DNA from: Oscillospiraceae bacterium
Lineage (GTDB): Bacteria; Bacteroidota; Bacteroidia; Bacteroidales; WCHB1-69
Reading direction: 5' to 3'
Length of the DNA stretch: 64,000 nucleotides
Assembly: GCA_963620035.1 (NCBI GenBank)
Contig: CAVEXN010000003.1
Location: 36,374-100,373, forward strand
The translations under genes were made by a program, and so were the position numbers. The notes under the pieces are model-generated. The model was not told where the DNA came from. It did not search any database and saw only the letters and a list, made by a program, of their open reading frames with translations. Below are positions 24,767-34,190 of this stretch, piece by piece; position 1 is the stretch's first letter, and each line of letters begins with the position of its first letter.

Positions 24767-25648
24767 ATGAACATAATGATAAAATATATACGCTTCTGTC
24801 AATTGTTTCTCTATTCAATCTTGATGTCAGGTTGCATTTCAGATGTGGACATCGACAAGCAACTTGACGAAGCCGAAAAACTGGTATTGTATTGTAGAAT
24901 ATGTCCGCAGATTGAAACCACCAGTGTATATCTGACACACACAACCATACTCTTCGAAACCTATACAGATGAACTGTCTGAACCTGTTGCCGGGGCTATT
25001 GTCGAATTATCTTCCGACAAAGTGAACTGGACGCGCGCACACTATGACAACACACAACAACGCTATTTGCTTCCGCAGAGCGAGTTCAGGATAGAAAGCG
25101 GCGCTACCTACTATATCCGGGCTTCCCATCCTGACTTTGAAGAAATATCGGCGGAATGCACAGTTCCTTTTATTCGCAGTATAGACTTGCAACATATTAG
25201 TGAACAAACAATTAACGACACACACGACGGCGAGACTTTTGGTTTTAGCCATATAGACCATTATCTGCAATGGAAAGACTTTCCGGGCGAGGAAAACAGA
25301 TACATGTTCATTATTGGCGACCCGGACCCCGAATCTTCCGCATTGTGGCACTCACTGAAGCTTGTCTATCTCAAAGACAACAAAGAATATACATACGTTT
25401 TTTCTGATGAGGGGCGCGACGGGCAAATCATCAAGTGTTTTTACGGTTATGGATTTGAACACGAAGGGGGTGGAGACAATGAACAATTCGGCGTTGTATT
25501 CCTTGACAATAATTGTTACAGATACGAGAAAAGCGTAATAGATAGTGACAACTCGATGGGTTTCTTCATGTTAGAGCCGCTCCATTTCTACAACAACATC
25601 GAAAATGGATATGGGTTATTCGGAGCCTGCGCAATGACGACAGACTAA
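24767..25648 (+). CDS. DUF4249-family lipoprotein
   Basis: Lipoprotein signal 'MNIMIKYIRFCQLFLYSILMSGC'. The C-terminal 'NIENGYGLFGACA' is typical of the family as I recall it. Start trimmed to the internal ATG at 24767. Confidence 0.65.
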   Translation: MNIMIKYIRFCQLFLYSILMSGCISDVDIDKQLDEAEKLVLYCRICPQIETTSVYLTHTTILFETYTDELSEPVAGAIVELSSDKVNWTRAHYDNTQQRYLLPQSEFRIESGATYYIRASHPDFEEISAECTVPFIRSIDLQHISEQTINDTHDGETFGFSHIDHYLQWKDFPGEENRYMFIIGDPDPESSALWHSLKLVYLKDNKEYTYVFSDEGRDGQIIKCFYGYGFEHEGGGDNEQFGVVFLDNNCYRYEKSVIDSDNSMGFFMLEPLHFYNNIENGYGLFGACAMTTD

Positions 25649-26095
25649 TGCCAGAAAAACTTCTCGGGTCAATAGCAGCATTGAACACACATTTGGCATT
25701 ACATAGCATGTTTTTGGCTGAAACAATGTTAATCCCGAAAAAAAGGTGGCAAAAACTATATACATTAAAAAAAACATAATTCTTATAGAAACAGATTATG
25801 ACAGGAATTGTATCGCATAAAGAATCCTGAAGTCTATAAAACGATTCGGGAAAAACAATAGTTTTGTTTTCCAGAACTTATTTATCTGTTTTACAGTTTT
25901 CTCATTTACAGATAGTTTGAGTGCTATAACGACTAACGTTCACGAAAACGTAGTACTTTATTCTACCTGATTCTTTCATTTTTCAGTGTCGATTGCCATA
26001 AATCAAAGGGAACAGGTCAAATACCCAAAGATTTATTGCATTGACATTTATTTTATATCATTTTAAACACATTAAAAGAACAAGAAAGAACAAAT

Positions 26096-26914
26096 ATGAT
26101 TCTAAACGCTAATTTTGCAGACATATTTACAGAATGTAACAAAAAACACAAGACAATGTCAAATAAATCGATTTCGTGTGCATTCTTCATTCAAGACGAG
26201 GCCAAGCAAACGATGCTGAAAGAGGCCATTGGCAACTATGACACGTTATACATCACCTCGATTTTCAAAAACAGTTTTGAGACAATTGAAAAACTGAATA
26301 AGGTACGACCGCAAGTACTATTCATCAATGTCAGTATGAGCGACATTCTTCGGCACATTACGAGACCTCCACACATTATCGGGGTCTGCGACCAGCCCAC
26401 GAACAGAAAAGTAAAAGAGTTTCTGTCTTGTGGCTTCACAGATTTCATCTATTTCCCCATCGTCGAAAAGAACCTTAACGATGTCATCGGGAAGATTTTG
26501 AATGCAAATTCGTTTTTTCAAGAATTGAATGAGACGCCGGTATTTATGGAAAACGGTATGACTTATGAGGACCACACGAATGGCAATATTGAAACGAACG
26601 TTGCTTATTTCTTTGTACAAGACAAACGCTATGGTAAGTGCAAGATCAATTTCAGCGAATTTGTTTATGCGCAGAGCATCGGTAACGACATTCGTATTAT
26701 GAAAGATGACGAAAGCGCTTTTTACGAGAGAACTACGTTGAAGAATTTCCACAGGAAGCTTGGGCATAATAAATGTTTGAAAATCAACAGATCTATACTC
26801 ATAAATGTAGAAAAAGTAACTCGGATAAACAAGAAGACTGTGACGCTGAATAATGAAACCTTTACCATAACGCGCACATATTATAAGGAGTTCGCCAAAG
26901 TTTTCAACATCTGA
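26096..26914 (+). CDS. LytTR-family DNA-binding regulator with a degenerate (pseudo-)receiver domain
   Basis: C-terminal LytTR-like 'FVYAQSIGNDIRIMKDD...LKINRSILINVEKV'. The N-terminal receiver-like fold has 'VLFINVSM' where the phospho-Asp is expected. Alternative start at 26156 (MSNKSI...). Confidence 0.75.
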   Translation: MILNANFADIFTECNKKHKTMSNKSISCAFFIQDEAKQTMLKEAIGNYDTLYITSIFKNSFETIEKLNKVRPQVLFINVSMSDILRHITRPPHIIGVCDQPTNRKVKEFLSCGFTDFIYFPIVEKNLNDVIGKILNANSFFQELNETPVFMENGMTYEDHTNGNIETNVAYFFVQDKRYGKCKINFSEFVYAQSIGNDIRIMKDDESAFYERTTLKNFHRKLGHNKCLKINRSILINVEKVTRINKKTVTLNNETFTITRTYYKEFAKVFNI

Positions 26915-26953
26915 AACTTCTTACGTAAAAAATAGTATTTTTGCCGCCTTGTT

Positions 26954-27025
26954 GGTCTTGTAGTTCAATGGATAGAACAAAAGTTTCCTAAACTTTAGAT
27001 TTGGGTTCGATTCCCAGCGAGACTA
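26954..27025 (+). tRNA. tRNA-Arg (anticodon CCT)
   Basis: Hand-folded cloverleaf. Acceptor GGTCTTG/CGAGACT (two G:T pairs); D arm GTTC-AATGGATA-GAAC; anticodon arm AAAGT-TTCCTAA-ACTTT; T arm TTGGG-TTCGATT-CCCAG; discriminator A. No CCA is encoded. Confidence 0.85.
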
Positions 27026-28900
27026 CTCCCTTTTATTTTGTTGCAAATGGATAATAATAGCTGTAATGTCGGCCGGGTTCACGCCGCTGATTCGCGAAGC
27101 TTGACCGAGATTGAGGGGCTGTACAGACATCAGTTTTTCTTTTGCCTCCTTTGAAACGCAAGCCAATTGTGCATAATCGAAACCGAAAGGTATCTTTATT
27201 GTATCAAGGTTTGACATTTTTTTCACGATTTCTTCTTCTCGCTTGATGTAACTTTCATATTTGATGGACGTTTCCACATTTTTCAGTTGTTCGGATGTGG
27301 GTTGTTCCGCATCGATATACCCTTGGAATGTCGGGGAGTTTTGTCTTAAATCTTCAATAGTGACTTGTGGGCGAAGAAGCAGTTGTGATAGTTTTACGTT
27401 TTGGGAGATTGGCATAGTTCCTTTTTCAACAAGCATTGCGTTAACAGTTTCCATTTGGGCAAGATGTTGTTTAAGATAGTCTGCTATTTCTTTTTGTTTT
27501 CTATACTTTTGTTCAAACGCATTGAATTGGGACGAGGGAACAAGTCCGATTTTGTATCCTATAGGGGTCAAGCGGAGGTCTGCATTATCTTGGCGAAGCA
27601 GTATCCGGTATTCTGCGCGTGATGTGAACATTCTATAGGGATCCCGTATTCCTTTAGTTACAAGATCGTCTATAAGCACTCCGATATACGAATCAGAACG
27701 CGTAAGAATAAGTGGTTCTTTTTCACGTATGGATAGATGCGCATTGATTCCGGCAATTAATCCTTGGCAAGCGGCTTCTTCATATCCTGTGGTACCATTG
27801 ACTTGGCCAGCAAGGTAGAGATTAGGTATAACTTTTGATTCGAGCGTGTAGTGTAGCTGAGTCGGGTCAAAATAATCGTATTCGATAGCATAGCCCGGAC
27901 GTAGAATGGCAGCGTGTTCGAGTCCTGGAACTTTGTGCAAAGCACGTAGTTGTATCTCTTCAGGCAGAGAAGAAGAAAAACCGTTGAGATAATATTCTAT
28001 TGTGTTGTTGCCTTCTGGTTCAACAAACAACTGGTGTTTGTTCCTGTCCGAAAATCTAACAATTTTATCCTCAATGGAAGGGCAATAACGGGGTCCTAGA
28101 CCATGTATTCTGCCCTGAAACATCGGTGATTTGCCAAAACCCTCCTTTAAAATTTCATGGACATTTTCATTAGTATAGGTAATCCAACAACTCTTTTGCT
28201 CTTTGACAGGAAGCGTTGTCGAGAAAGAAAACTTGGAGGGTTCGTCATCACCTTTTTGTTCTGTCATTCGAGAGAAATCAATGGTTCTTCCATCTATTCG
28301 CACCGGAGTACCAGTCTTGAGTTTTGCGGTTCTTATACCATTTTCGCAAAGTTGGTCGGACAGCATATAAGAAGCGTTTTCGCCCATTCTTCCACCAGAA
28401 AAACTGACTTCTCCTACGTGAATTCTACCATTCAAAAATGTGCCGTTGGTAAGCACTATTTTACGTGCATAAATGGTTTGGCCCAATAATGTTTTAACTC
28501 CAGCAAGACGATTATTTTCGTCAAATACAAGGGATTGAACGGTATCTTGTCGAAGACTAAGGTTTGGAATATGCTCCAACATTTCGCGCCATAAAAAAGA
28601 GAAACGGCTTTTGTCGCATTGGGCTCGCGGACTCCACATGGCAGGTCCTTTAGAGAGATTGAGCATTCTGAACTGAATTGTTGACCAGTCGGTAATAATA
28701 CCCGAACAACCTCCAAGTGCATCTATTTCTCGGACAATTTGTCCCTTTGCAATGCCGCCCATAGCAGGGTTGCACGACATTTGGGCCACAAGTGCCAAAT
28801 TCATCGTGATAAGAAGTGTGGGGCTTCCTAATCTGGCGGCGGCAACGGCAGCCTCACAACCTGCGTGCCCTGCACCTACAACGACAATATCAAAATTCAT
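27023..28900 (-). CDS. mnmG: tRNA uridine 5-carboxymethylaminomethyl modification enzyme MnmG (GidA)
   Basis: 625 aa starting with '[15 protein letters not shown]'. The family is recognisable along the full length. Confidence 0.95.
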   Translation of the reverse strand: MNFDIVVVGAGHAGCEAAVAAARLGSPTLLITMNLALVAQMSCNPAMGGIAKGQIVREIDALGGCSGIITDWSTIQFRMLNLSKGPAMWSPRAQCDKSRFSFLWREMLEHIPNLSLRQDTVQSLVFDENNRLAGVKTLLGQTIYARKIVLTNGTFLNGRIHVGEVSFSGGRMGENASYMLSDQLCENGIRTAKLKTGTPVRIDGRTIDFSRMTEQKGDDEPSKFSFSTTLPVKEQKSCWITYTNENVHEILKEGFGKSPMFQGRIHGLGPRYCPSIEDKIVRFSDRNKHQLFVEPEGNNTIEYYLNGFSSSLPEEIQLRALHKVPGLEHAAILRPGYAIEYDYFDPTQLHYTLESKVIPNLYLAGQVNGTTGYEEAACQGLIAGINAHLSIREKEPLILTRSDSYIGVLIDDLVTKGIRDPYRMFTSRAEYRILLRQDNADLRLTPIGYKIGLVPSSQFNAFEQKYRKQKEIADYLKQHLAQMETVNAMLVEKGTMPISQNVKLSQLLLRPQVTIEDLRQNSPTFQGYIDAEQPTSEQLKNVETSIKYESYIKREEEIVKKMSNLDTIKIPFGFDYAQLACVSKEAKEKLMSVQPLNLGQASRISGVNPADITAIIIHLQQNKRE

Positions 28901-28931
28901 TTCCCGTGGAACGTATTTATAAAGAAGTGAT

Positions 28932-29366
28932 TTATAGATTATTATTAGGATTGGTCATTACATACAGGTTGATTGCATCAGTCTCTTTCTTCCGCATAGT
29001 CTTTACATCCTCCGGCATTTTGTCTTTATAGCCACAAAGATGAAGTACACCATGAGCCATTACCCTCAGCAGTTCCAGATTGAAAGGGATACCTAAAAGT
29101 AGGGCATTCTCGCGCACTCGCTCCAGGCTAATGATGATGTTCCCTTGGACAAGCTTTTCTATACATTCATCAAAAGTTATAATGTCAGTAAATGTGTTGT
29201 GTTGAAGAAAAAAAAGGTTGCGTTGCAACATGTACTGGTCATCGCAAAAAAGGTAGGATATATTACCGGGCACAAGTGACTCGCTACGAATGATTGACTT
29301 CAGCCATTGTTTATGCTCAAGGGTTAAGTTCAAGGGTTCAACATCAGCGTATTCAAAAAAAATCAT
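28932..29366 (-). CDS. ybeY: rRNA maturation endoribonuclease YbeY
   Basis: 144 aa with the zinc motif '[11 protein letters not shown]'. Confidence 0.9.
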   Translation of the reverse strand: MIFFEYADVEPLNLTLEHKQWLKSIIRSESLVPGNISYLFCDDQYMLQRNLFFLQHNTFTDIITFDECIEKLVQGNIIISLERVRENALLLGIPFNLELLRVMAHGVLHLCGYKDKMPEDVKTMRKKETDAINLYVMTNPNNNL

Positions 29367-30424
29367 TTTGCGGCTTTTATGAATTTTAAAGATTGCTTAT
29401 AACCATCATTGTTCGTTATTCTCAATATGTAGGATCCTTTAGGAATTGATGAAATGTCAACTCCTGAAGAAAAACCGGATTTTGAGATCGTATGTAAAAT
29501 CCTCTTCCCAAATAAGTCAAAGATGCTCAAGTCGTAATATCCTGAATTATTACCGCCGAAATCGATATGTAAAGTATTGACAGCGGGATTTGGAAATAAT
29601 GTTGTTTTTTGTATCAAATCATCACAAAAAGTTGAAATACAATTAGAATTTGTATCCAAAACGGGATAAAATGACCAGTTTAGAAGCGAATCATAGACAA
29701 TTTGCTTTACGGTCTGTTTGATAATATCGGCTTGAGAATCGGATATTTGAAAGCTACTCGTAACTGCGGTCGGATTTTTTGAAAATAAAAGGGAATAAAA
29801 GGTGAATGCAGCGGCGTATGAACCTACTAAACTGGGATGGCTGCCGTCTGATTGGTAAAGATCTATTTCCGGGTGATTGTCTCTGATGTATCTCCACACT
29901 TTTGCAACAGGAGCAACCATGGTCTGGTTATCTTGTGCCATAATCAGATAACGTGCTTGCAATAGGCTGTCCATACCCTCATATGTGCCAAGCGGTGCAT
30001 AATACGGAGCATTTTGGGCATCACCATCCCTTCTGCCCCACGTCATGTAAAACACTATTTTTGCTTCGGGATTGTATTCGCGTATCAAGGCACATAATTG
30101 CTGGGCGTATGGGTAAGACTCTGACATAAATTGGCTGTATGGAAAAGAGGGCAATTGGCTTTGCTCTTGCAAAACCACATAGTCCCATCCACCTTGTTTA
30201 ATCAAGTCTGAAGATACAGCAAGATGTTGTTGAAAAGTGCAACCGCCAGGAGTACTGCTTTGAAAATAAAAATCGTCTCCTGTGGTAGAGGCGATGTCTA
30301 AAATCAATTGTGGTAAATTATTGACGGAGGTATAACTGTTGCCTATGAAAAGGATCTTGCAAGGCGAACATGTGCTATATAATACGATGAGCGTTATCGC
30401 CGCTAATGTAAAAAAACGTTTCAT
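29363..30424 (-). CDS. Secreted SGNH/GDSL-like hydrolase-fold protein with a T9SS C-terminal sorting domain
   Basis: Signal peptide, then 'ILFIGNSYT'. The C-terminal ~80 aa 'LFPNPAVNTLHIDF...GSYILRITNNDGYKQSLKFIKA' is typical of a type A T9SS CTD. Has 4-nt overlaps with both neighbours. Confidence 0.7.
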   Translation of the reverse strand: MKRFFTLAAITLIVLYSTCSPCKILFIGNSYTSVNNLPQLILDIASTTGDDFYFQSSTPGGCTFQQHLAVSSDLIKQGGWDYVVLQEQSQLPSFPYSQFMSESYPYAQQLCALIREYNPEAKIVFYMTWGRRDGDAQNAPYYAPLGTYEGMDSLLQARYLIMAQDNQTMVAPVAKVWRYIRDNHPEIDLYQSDGSHPSLVGSYAAAFTFYSLLFSKNPTAVTSSFQISDSQADIIKQTVKQIVYDSLLNWSFYPVLDTNSNCISTFCDDLIQKTTLFPNPAVNTLHIDFGGNNSGYYDLSIFDLFGKRILHTISKSGFSSGVDISSIPKGSYILRITNNDGYKQSLKFIKAAK

Positions 30425-30837
30425 ATTGAGGATATGTTTTGGTATATTGGTTTATTTAATCTGTTTTGATATAGATAGTTAAACTTTGGTTTCACGTGGA
30501 AATTCAAACATAGTGCCTTATTGTCCGTTGATGCTTCAACGGATCCTGTCAACAGACGGAGTCCCTCTATTTCATTAAATTCAGAAAAGAAGTTTTTGAA
30601 AAATTCTCTATCTGCAGAATACACGATGGTTAATGTGTCAGTATCTATATAAACGGAAAAAGTCACAAATAGATTTGAATTGCTTTCCGACAAATACTCT
30701 GCAATAATTTGCGTAGATAATGAAATATAGCCAAAATCTTTATTAAGACCAAACTGCTGACAAACATCCTCTATAGTGGCGAGGACTGTTTGCGTTAGAT
30801 TGGTTTCATTTAATGGCTTTGTTTCTATGGAAAACAT
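30421..30837 (-). CDS. Hypothetical 138-aa cytoplasmic protein
   Basis: The ORF is tightly packed inside the operon (4-nt overlap downstream, 5-nt gap upstream). I recognise no motif. Confidence 0.5.
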   Translation of the reverse strand: MFSIETKPLNETNLTQTVLATIEDVCQQFGLNKDFGYISLSTQIIAEYLSESNSNLFVTFSVYIDTDTLTIVYSADREFFKNFFSEFNEIEGLRLLTGSVEASTDNKALCLNFHVKPKFNYLYQNRLNKPIYQNISSI

Positions 30838-30842
30838 AACAG

Positions 30843-33800
30843 TTAGTCGATATTGTAAAAATAGTTGTTTGCCTTTTTCTTATAATAGTAGTTTAAATTG
30901 GCAGGAATTGAATGCAACATCTCGTTCTGCTGAGTCTTTTTTGAATCTTCTTTCCATTCTTTTGGCGGATTGGATCTTAATTGCTGCTTGGCTTCTATTG
31001 ACTTTCTTTCATCGTCCTTCTCCCTCTCAATATCTGCTTTTTCACTTTTTAAAAGACGTGTTGTAATAGAATTTTGTCTATCTATAGTCTGTTGGGTCAG
31101 TTTTCGGTTTACCAGTTCTTTTTCTGTCTGCTTCATTTCGTTTATGAGCTGCTCTATACTCTTGTCCCCTACTCCGTTTTCTGATTTCAATGTATTTTCA
31201 TAATCTTCTAACATTTTACGAATGGCTTCCTGTTGTGCTGCCATCTTTGCGAATTGTTCGCTCATGGACTGCTGCGATTTCTGACTTTGCCCCTGCTTCC
31301 CTTGTTGTTCCATCGATTTTTTCAAGGCCTGCATCTGGCGGTTTAATTGCTGTTGAAGTTCCCTTGCAGAAGTTTTCTTGCTTTTTCCTTTTCCTCCTGG
31401 CTTACTGCAAGACCCACCTGACTTGTTGCACTTGCCTTTGCATTCATTTTGCTTCTTTTTCATCTCTTTCATAGATTCCTTGAGCATAAGGGCAAGGTTA
31501 TTCATCGACGTTAATACAAATTGCTGGTTTTTGCTCGTTTCTGAAAGACGGCGGTCTTGGAGCATATTCTGCGATGACGTTAAATAATCCCGAATTTTGG
31601 TTATCTCAGTCTGGACATATGGCTTAACTGCCATTTGCCGGCGCGCCAATGCATTCAGTGAGTCTTCAATTACTAACAAGTTGTCTTTAACCTTGTGCTG
31701 CTTGAGCATAAGGTCTGATACTGTGGCCGAACGTGAACTGGTTTTCTTCGTGGTTTCAAGAACGTTTTCCTGCTCAAAGGATATTTTTACCAAATTGTCT
31801 AATATCTGCCGTAATGTTTCAATATCTTCGGATACTTGCTCAAGTTCACTCTCGTTAAAGTCTTTTTCTAACTGTTGCGCCAATTGCTCCATATCTTCTG
31901 AAGCCTGTTTCTGGTTTTGTGATGATTTTGTTCTGTTGTTCTTTTCAAGGTTCATCTTACCTTGCTCCATTTTCTGCTGTATTTCCTGCTGAAGTTCATC
32001 TGTATTCTTGAAGTCTGTCGGTTCTTCGAGTTCATTGTTCAATTGCTTCAACTCCTGTATGTCTTTCTGAATCTCCTTATACCTTTTCTCTATCTTTTGC
32101 TGTTTTTCCTGTAAATATTGCTTGTCTGTCGTCTTGTCATTTGTCTTTTCTGCATTTGTCTTCAATTCGGCTGAAAGCTCATTTAACTGTTTCACCGCAT
32201 CGGTCACCTTTTTTTCTAATTCGAGTTGCTTGTATAACTGAAGCTGTTGGTCGAGCGTCTTGTTGATGGCATCCGTGTTTGTTTTCAATTTTTGCATCTC
32301 CTTTTGGACCTGATCTTTTGTCGGCGACTTCATCATTTCTTGCAATTTTTGAAGCATAGACTTCATTTCGTCCGTCAATACCCTGTCCATACGTTGCTGT
32401 AATTCCTGCTGTTTCTGAAGCACTCCTGCATCTATTTCCTTATATTGGTTCTCTAAAGAGTTCTTGTTTTGCTGGTTTTGTTTTAACTCTTCTATTTTAG
32501 ACTTAAGTTGCTGATACTGCTCCATTAGTTTCTCCAATTTCTTTTTGTCTTGCCATGACATCTCTTTTTCTTGCATCATCTGGGCCTGCAACTTGTCGAT
32601 ATTCTTCATCAATTGGGATGATTCTGCTACCAAATCCTCATAGTCATTCTTGGTCTGTTCGTCACCTTTCCGCAATTCATTTTCAATTTCTTCAAGGGTC
32701 TTGACTCTGTATGAAGATACTGACGATTTTGTTGACTTTGGACCGTTCACTCCGTCATTGTCGAAAACCTCAAAATAGTAGTCTATTTTATATCCGGGTT
32801 TTAGTATGAACGAGGCAATATCAAAATAGAAGTAAAAGTCTTGGATGGTAATGTCATTCTTAATTCTAATATCCACCACATTGTCTTCTTCAACTATTGT
32901 TCCGTTCTCATCATATTTAGTATAGACAAAATGAAGTTTTGAAAAACCATAGTCGTCTTTTATATTCCCTTTGAAATAGAACCTGTCAGAGTAAATAGAA
33001 TCCTGTTGTGACAAAACCGATATTTCCGGATACATGTCTTTAATGACCGTCACCTCATCTGTCAGGGTATCATTGCTGGTCATGTATTTGTTTTTTCCGA
33101 AAATAGAATAAGTGAAACTATTTTTGGCAAGTATATGGATATTGCAGCTGTTATCTTCTGTGGTATATTCTTTGGAATCACCATTGATGGCAAAAACGAG
33201 GTTATCGCTGTTTTTTGTATAGAATTTCCAATTGATGACAGTACCCTCCGGAACAGTGACATTGCTCACATTTTTTATAATGTCATCATTCTTATGCAAA
33301 TATGCCGGATAATGGAGTTCCATCACAAAGCCTGTAACATTAGGCTTTGGCAATACATTCAACTGATACAAAGAGGATTGCACCTCTTCTGTGGTAATCT
33401 GAAACTCAATGTTCTTTTGCAGGTTTTGAAAAGTGTACGAGAACTCGGAATTAGAAACCTTATTGCACTTGAAATTTCGGTTGTCATAATTTACATAAAC
33501 ATTCTCGGGGAGTTCAGAACCTTTTACCTTAACATTTATAGTAAAATCATCGTACTGGTATGCGGTGAGACCGGGATTTGTAATTTGAAAACTGTATGGT
33601 GAAGGTTTCTCATAAATTGTAGTATGATGAACAATTCGCTTGGTTGATTCGGTAAAAACCTCGCTTTTTACTGAAAAAAACAATATAAACACGGCTATCG
33701 GAACGAGCGTCCAACGGGCTATCTTCTTGGTTTGGGATACAGGAATGGCCTGCACAAATGAATATGCCTTGAATGAGTCAATTTTGTCATCAATGGCGGC

Positions 33801-34190
33801 AGAAAGCAGTTCCAGACTCTCATAGTCGCCTCTATTGAGTTGTTTCTGTAACTCAAAAAGGTTCAACAACTTGTCGTCAATCTGACTGAAATGTTTTCCT
33901 ATAATCTTAGCAATCTGTTCTTCCGTTATTTGCTTTCCGATCCCGCAGAGTTTGAAAACGGGTATCATAATGTAGAAAACGAGATTGCCGGCAAAAAGCA
34001 AGATGAAAGAGTAGAAAAGTATGGACCTTATGATTCTGTCAGAATAAGAGAAATACTCGAAAAGAGAAAATACAATAAAGGTTGACAAAAGGATAACCGT
34101 AAAGAATACAATTCCTTTGTAAAGTTCATTCAGATAGTACTTCTTTATGAATTTACGTATCTTCTCTTGTAATATCTGCTGATTATTCAT
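30843..34190 (-). CDS. Large membrane-anchored coiled-coil protein (DUF4175-like)
   Basis: 1115 aa. N-terminal TM helices, a beta-rich middle part and a ~500-aa Q/K/E-rich coiled coil with a 'CKGKCNKSGGSCSKPGGKGKSKK' patch. The family name is from memory and is unverified. Confidence 0.6.
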   Translation of the reverse strand: MNNQQILQEKIRKFIKKYYLNELYKGIVFFTVILLSTFIVFSLFEYFSYSDRIIRSILFYSFILLFAGNLVFYIMIPVFKLCGIGKQITEEQIAKIIGKHFSQIDDKLLNLFELQKQLNRGDYESLELLSAAIDDKIDSFKAYSFVQAIPVSQTKKIARWTLVPIAVFILFFSVKSEVFTESTKRIVHHTTIYEKPSPYSFQITNPGLTAYQYDDFTINVKVKGSELPENVYVNYDNRNFKCNKVSNSEFSYTFQNLQKNIEFQITTEEVQSSLYQLNVLPKPNVTGFVMELHYPAYLHKNDDIIKNVSNVTVPEGTVINWKFYTKNSDNLVFAINGDSKEYTTEDNSCNIHILAKNSFTYSIFGKNKYMTSNDTLTDEVTVIKDMYPEISVLSQQDSIYSDRFYFKGNIKDDYGFSKLHFVYTKYDENGTIVEEDNVVDIRIKNDITIQDFYFYFDIASFILKPGYKIDYYFEVFDNDGVNGPKSTKSSVSSYRVKTLEEIENELRKGDEQTKNDYEDLVAESSQLMKNIDKLQAQMMQEKEMSWQDKKKLEKLMEQYQQLKSKIEELKQNQQNKNSLENQYKEIDAGVLQKQQELQQRMDRVLTDEMKSMLQKLQEMMKSPTKDQVQKEMQKLKTNTDAINKTLDQQLQLYKQLELEKKVTDAVKQLNELSAELKTNAEKTNDKTTDKQYLQEKQQKIEKRYKEIQKDIQELKQLNNELEEPTDFKNTDELQQEIQQKMEQGKMNLEKNNRTKSSQNQKQASEDMEQLAQQLEKDFNESELEQVSEDIETLRQILDNLVKISFEQENVLETTKKTSSRSATVSDLMLKQHKVKDNLLVIEDSLNALARRQMAVKPYVQTEITKIRDYLTSSQNMLQDRRLSETSKNQQFVLTSMNNLALMLKESMKEMKKKQNECKGKCNKSGGSCSKPGGKGKSKKTSARELQQQLNRQMQALKKSMEQQGKQGQSQKSQQSMSEQFAKMAAQQEAIRKMLEDYENTLKSENGVGDKSIEQLINEMKQTEKELVNRKLTQQTIDRQNSITTRLLKSEKADIEREKDDERKSIEAKQQLRSNPPKEWKEDSKKTQQNEMLHSIPANLNYYYKKKANNYFYNID

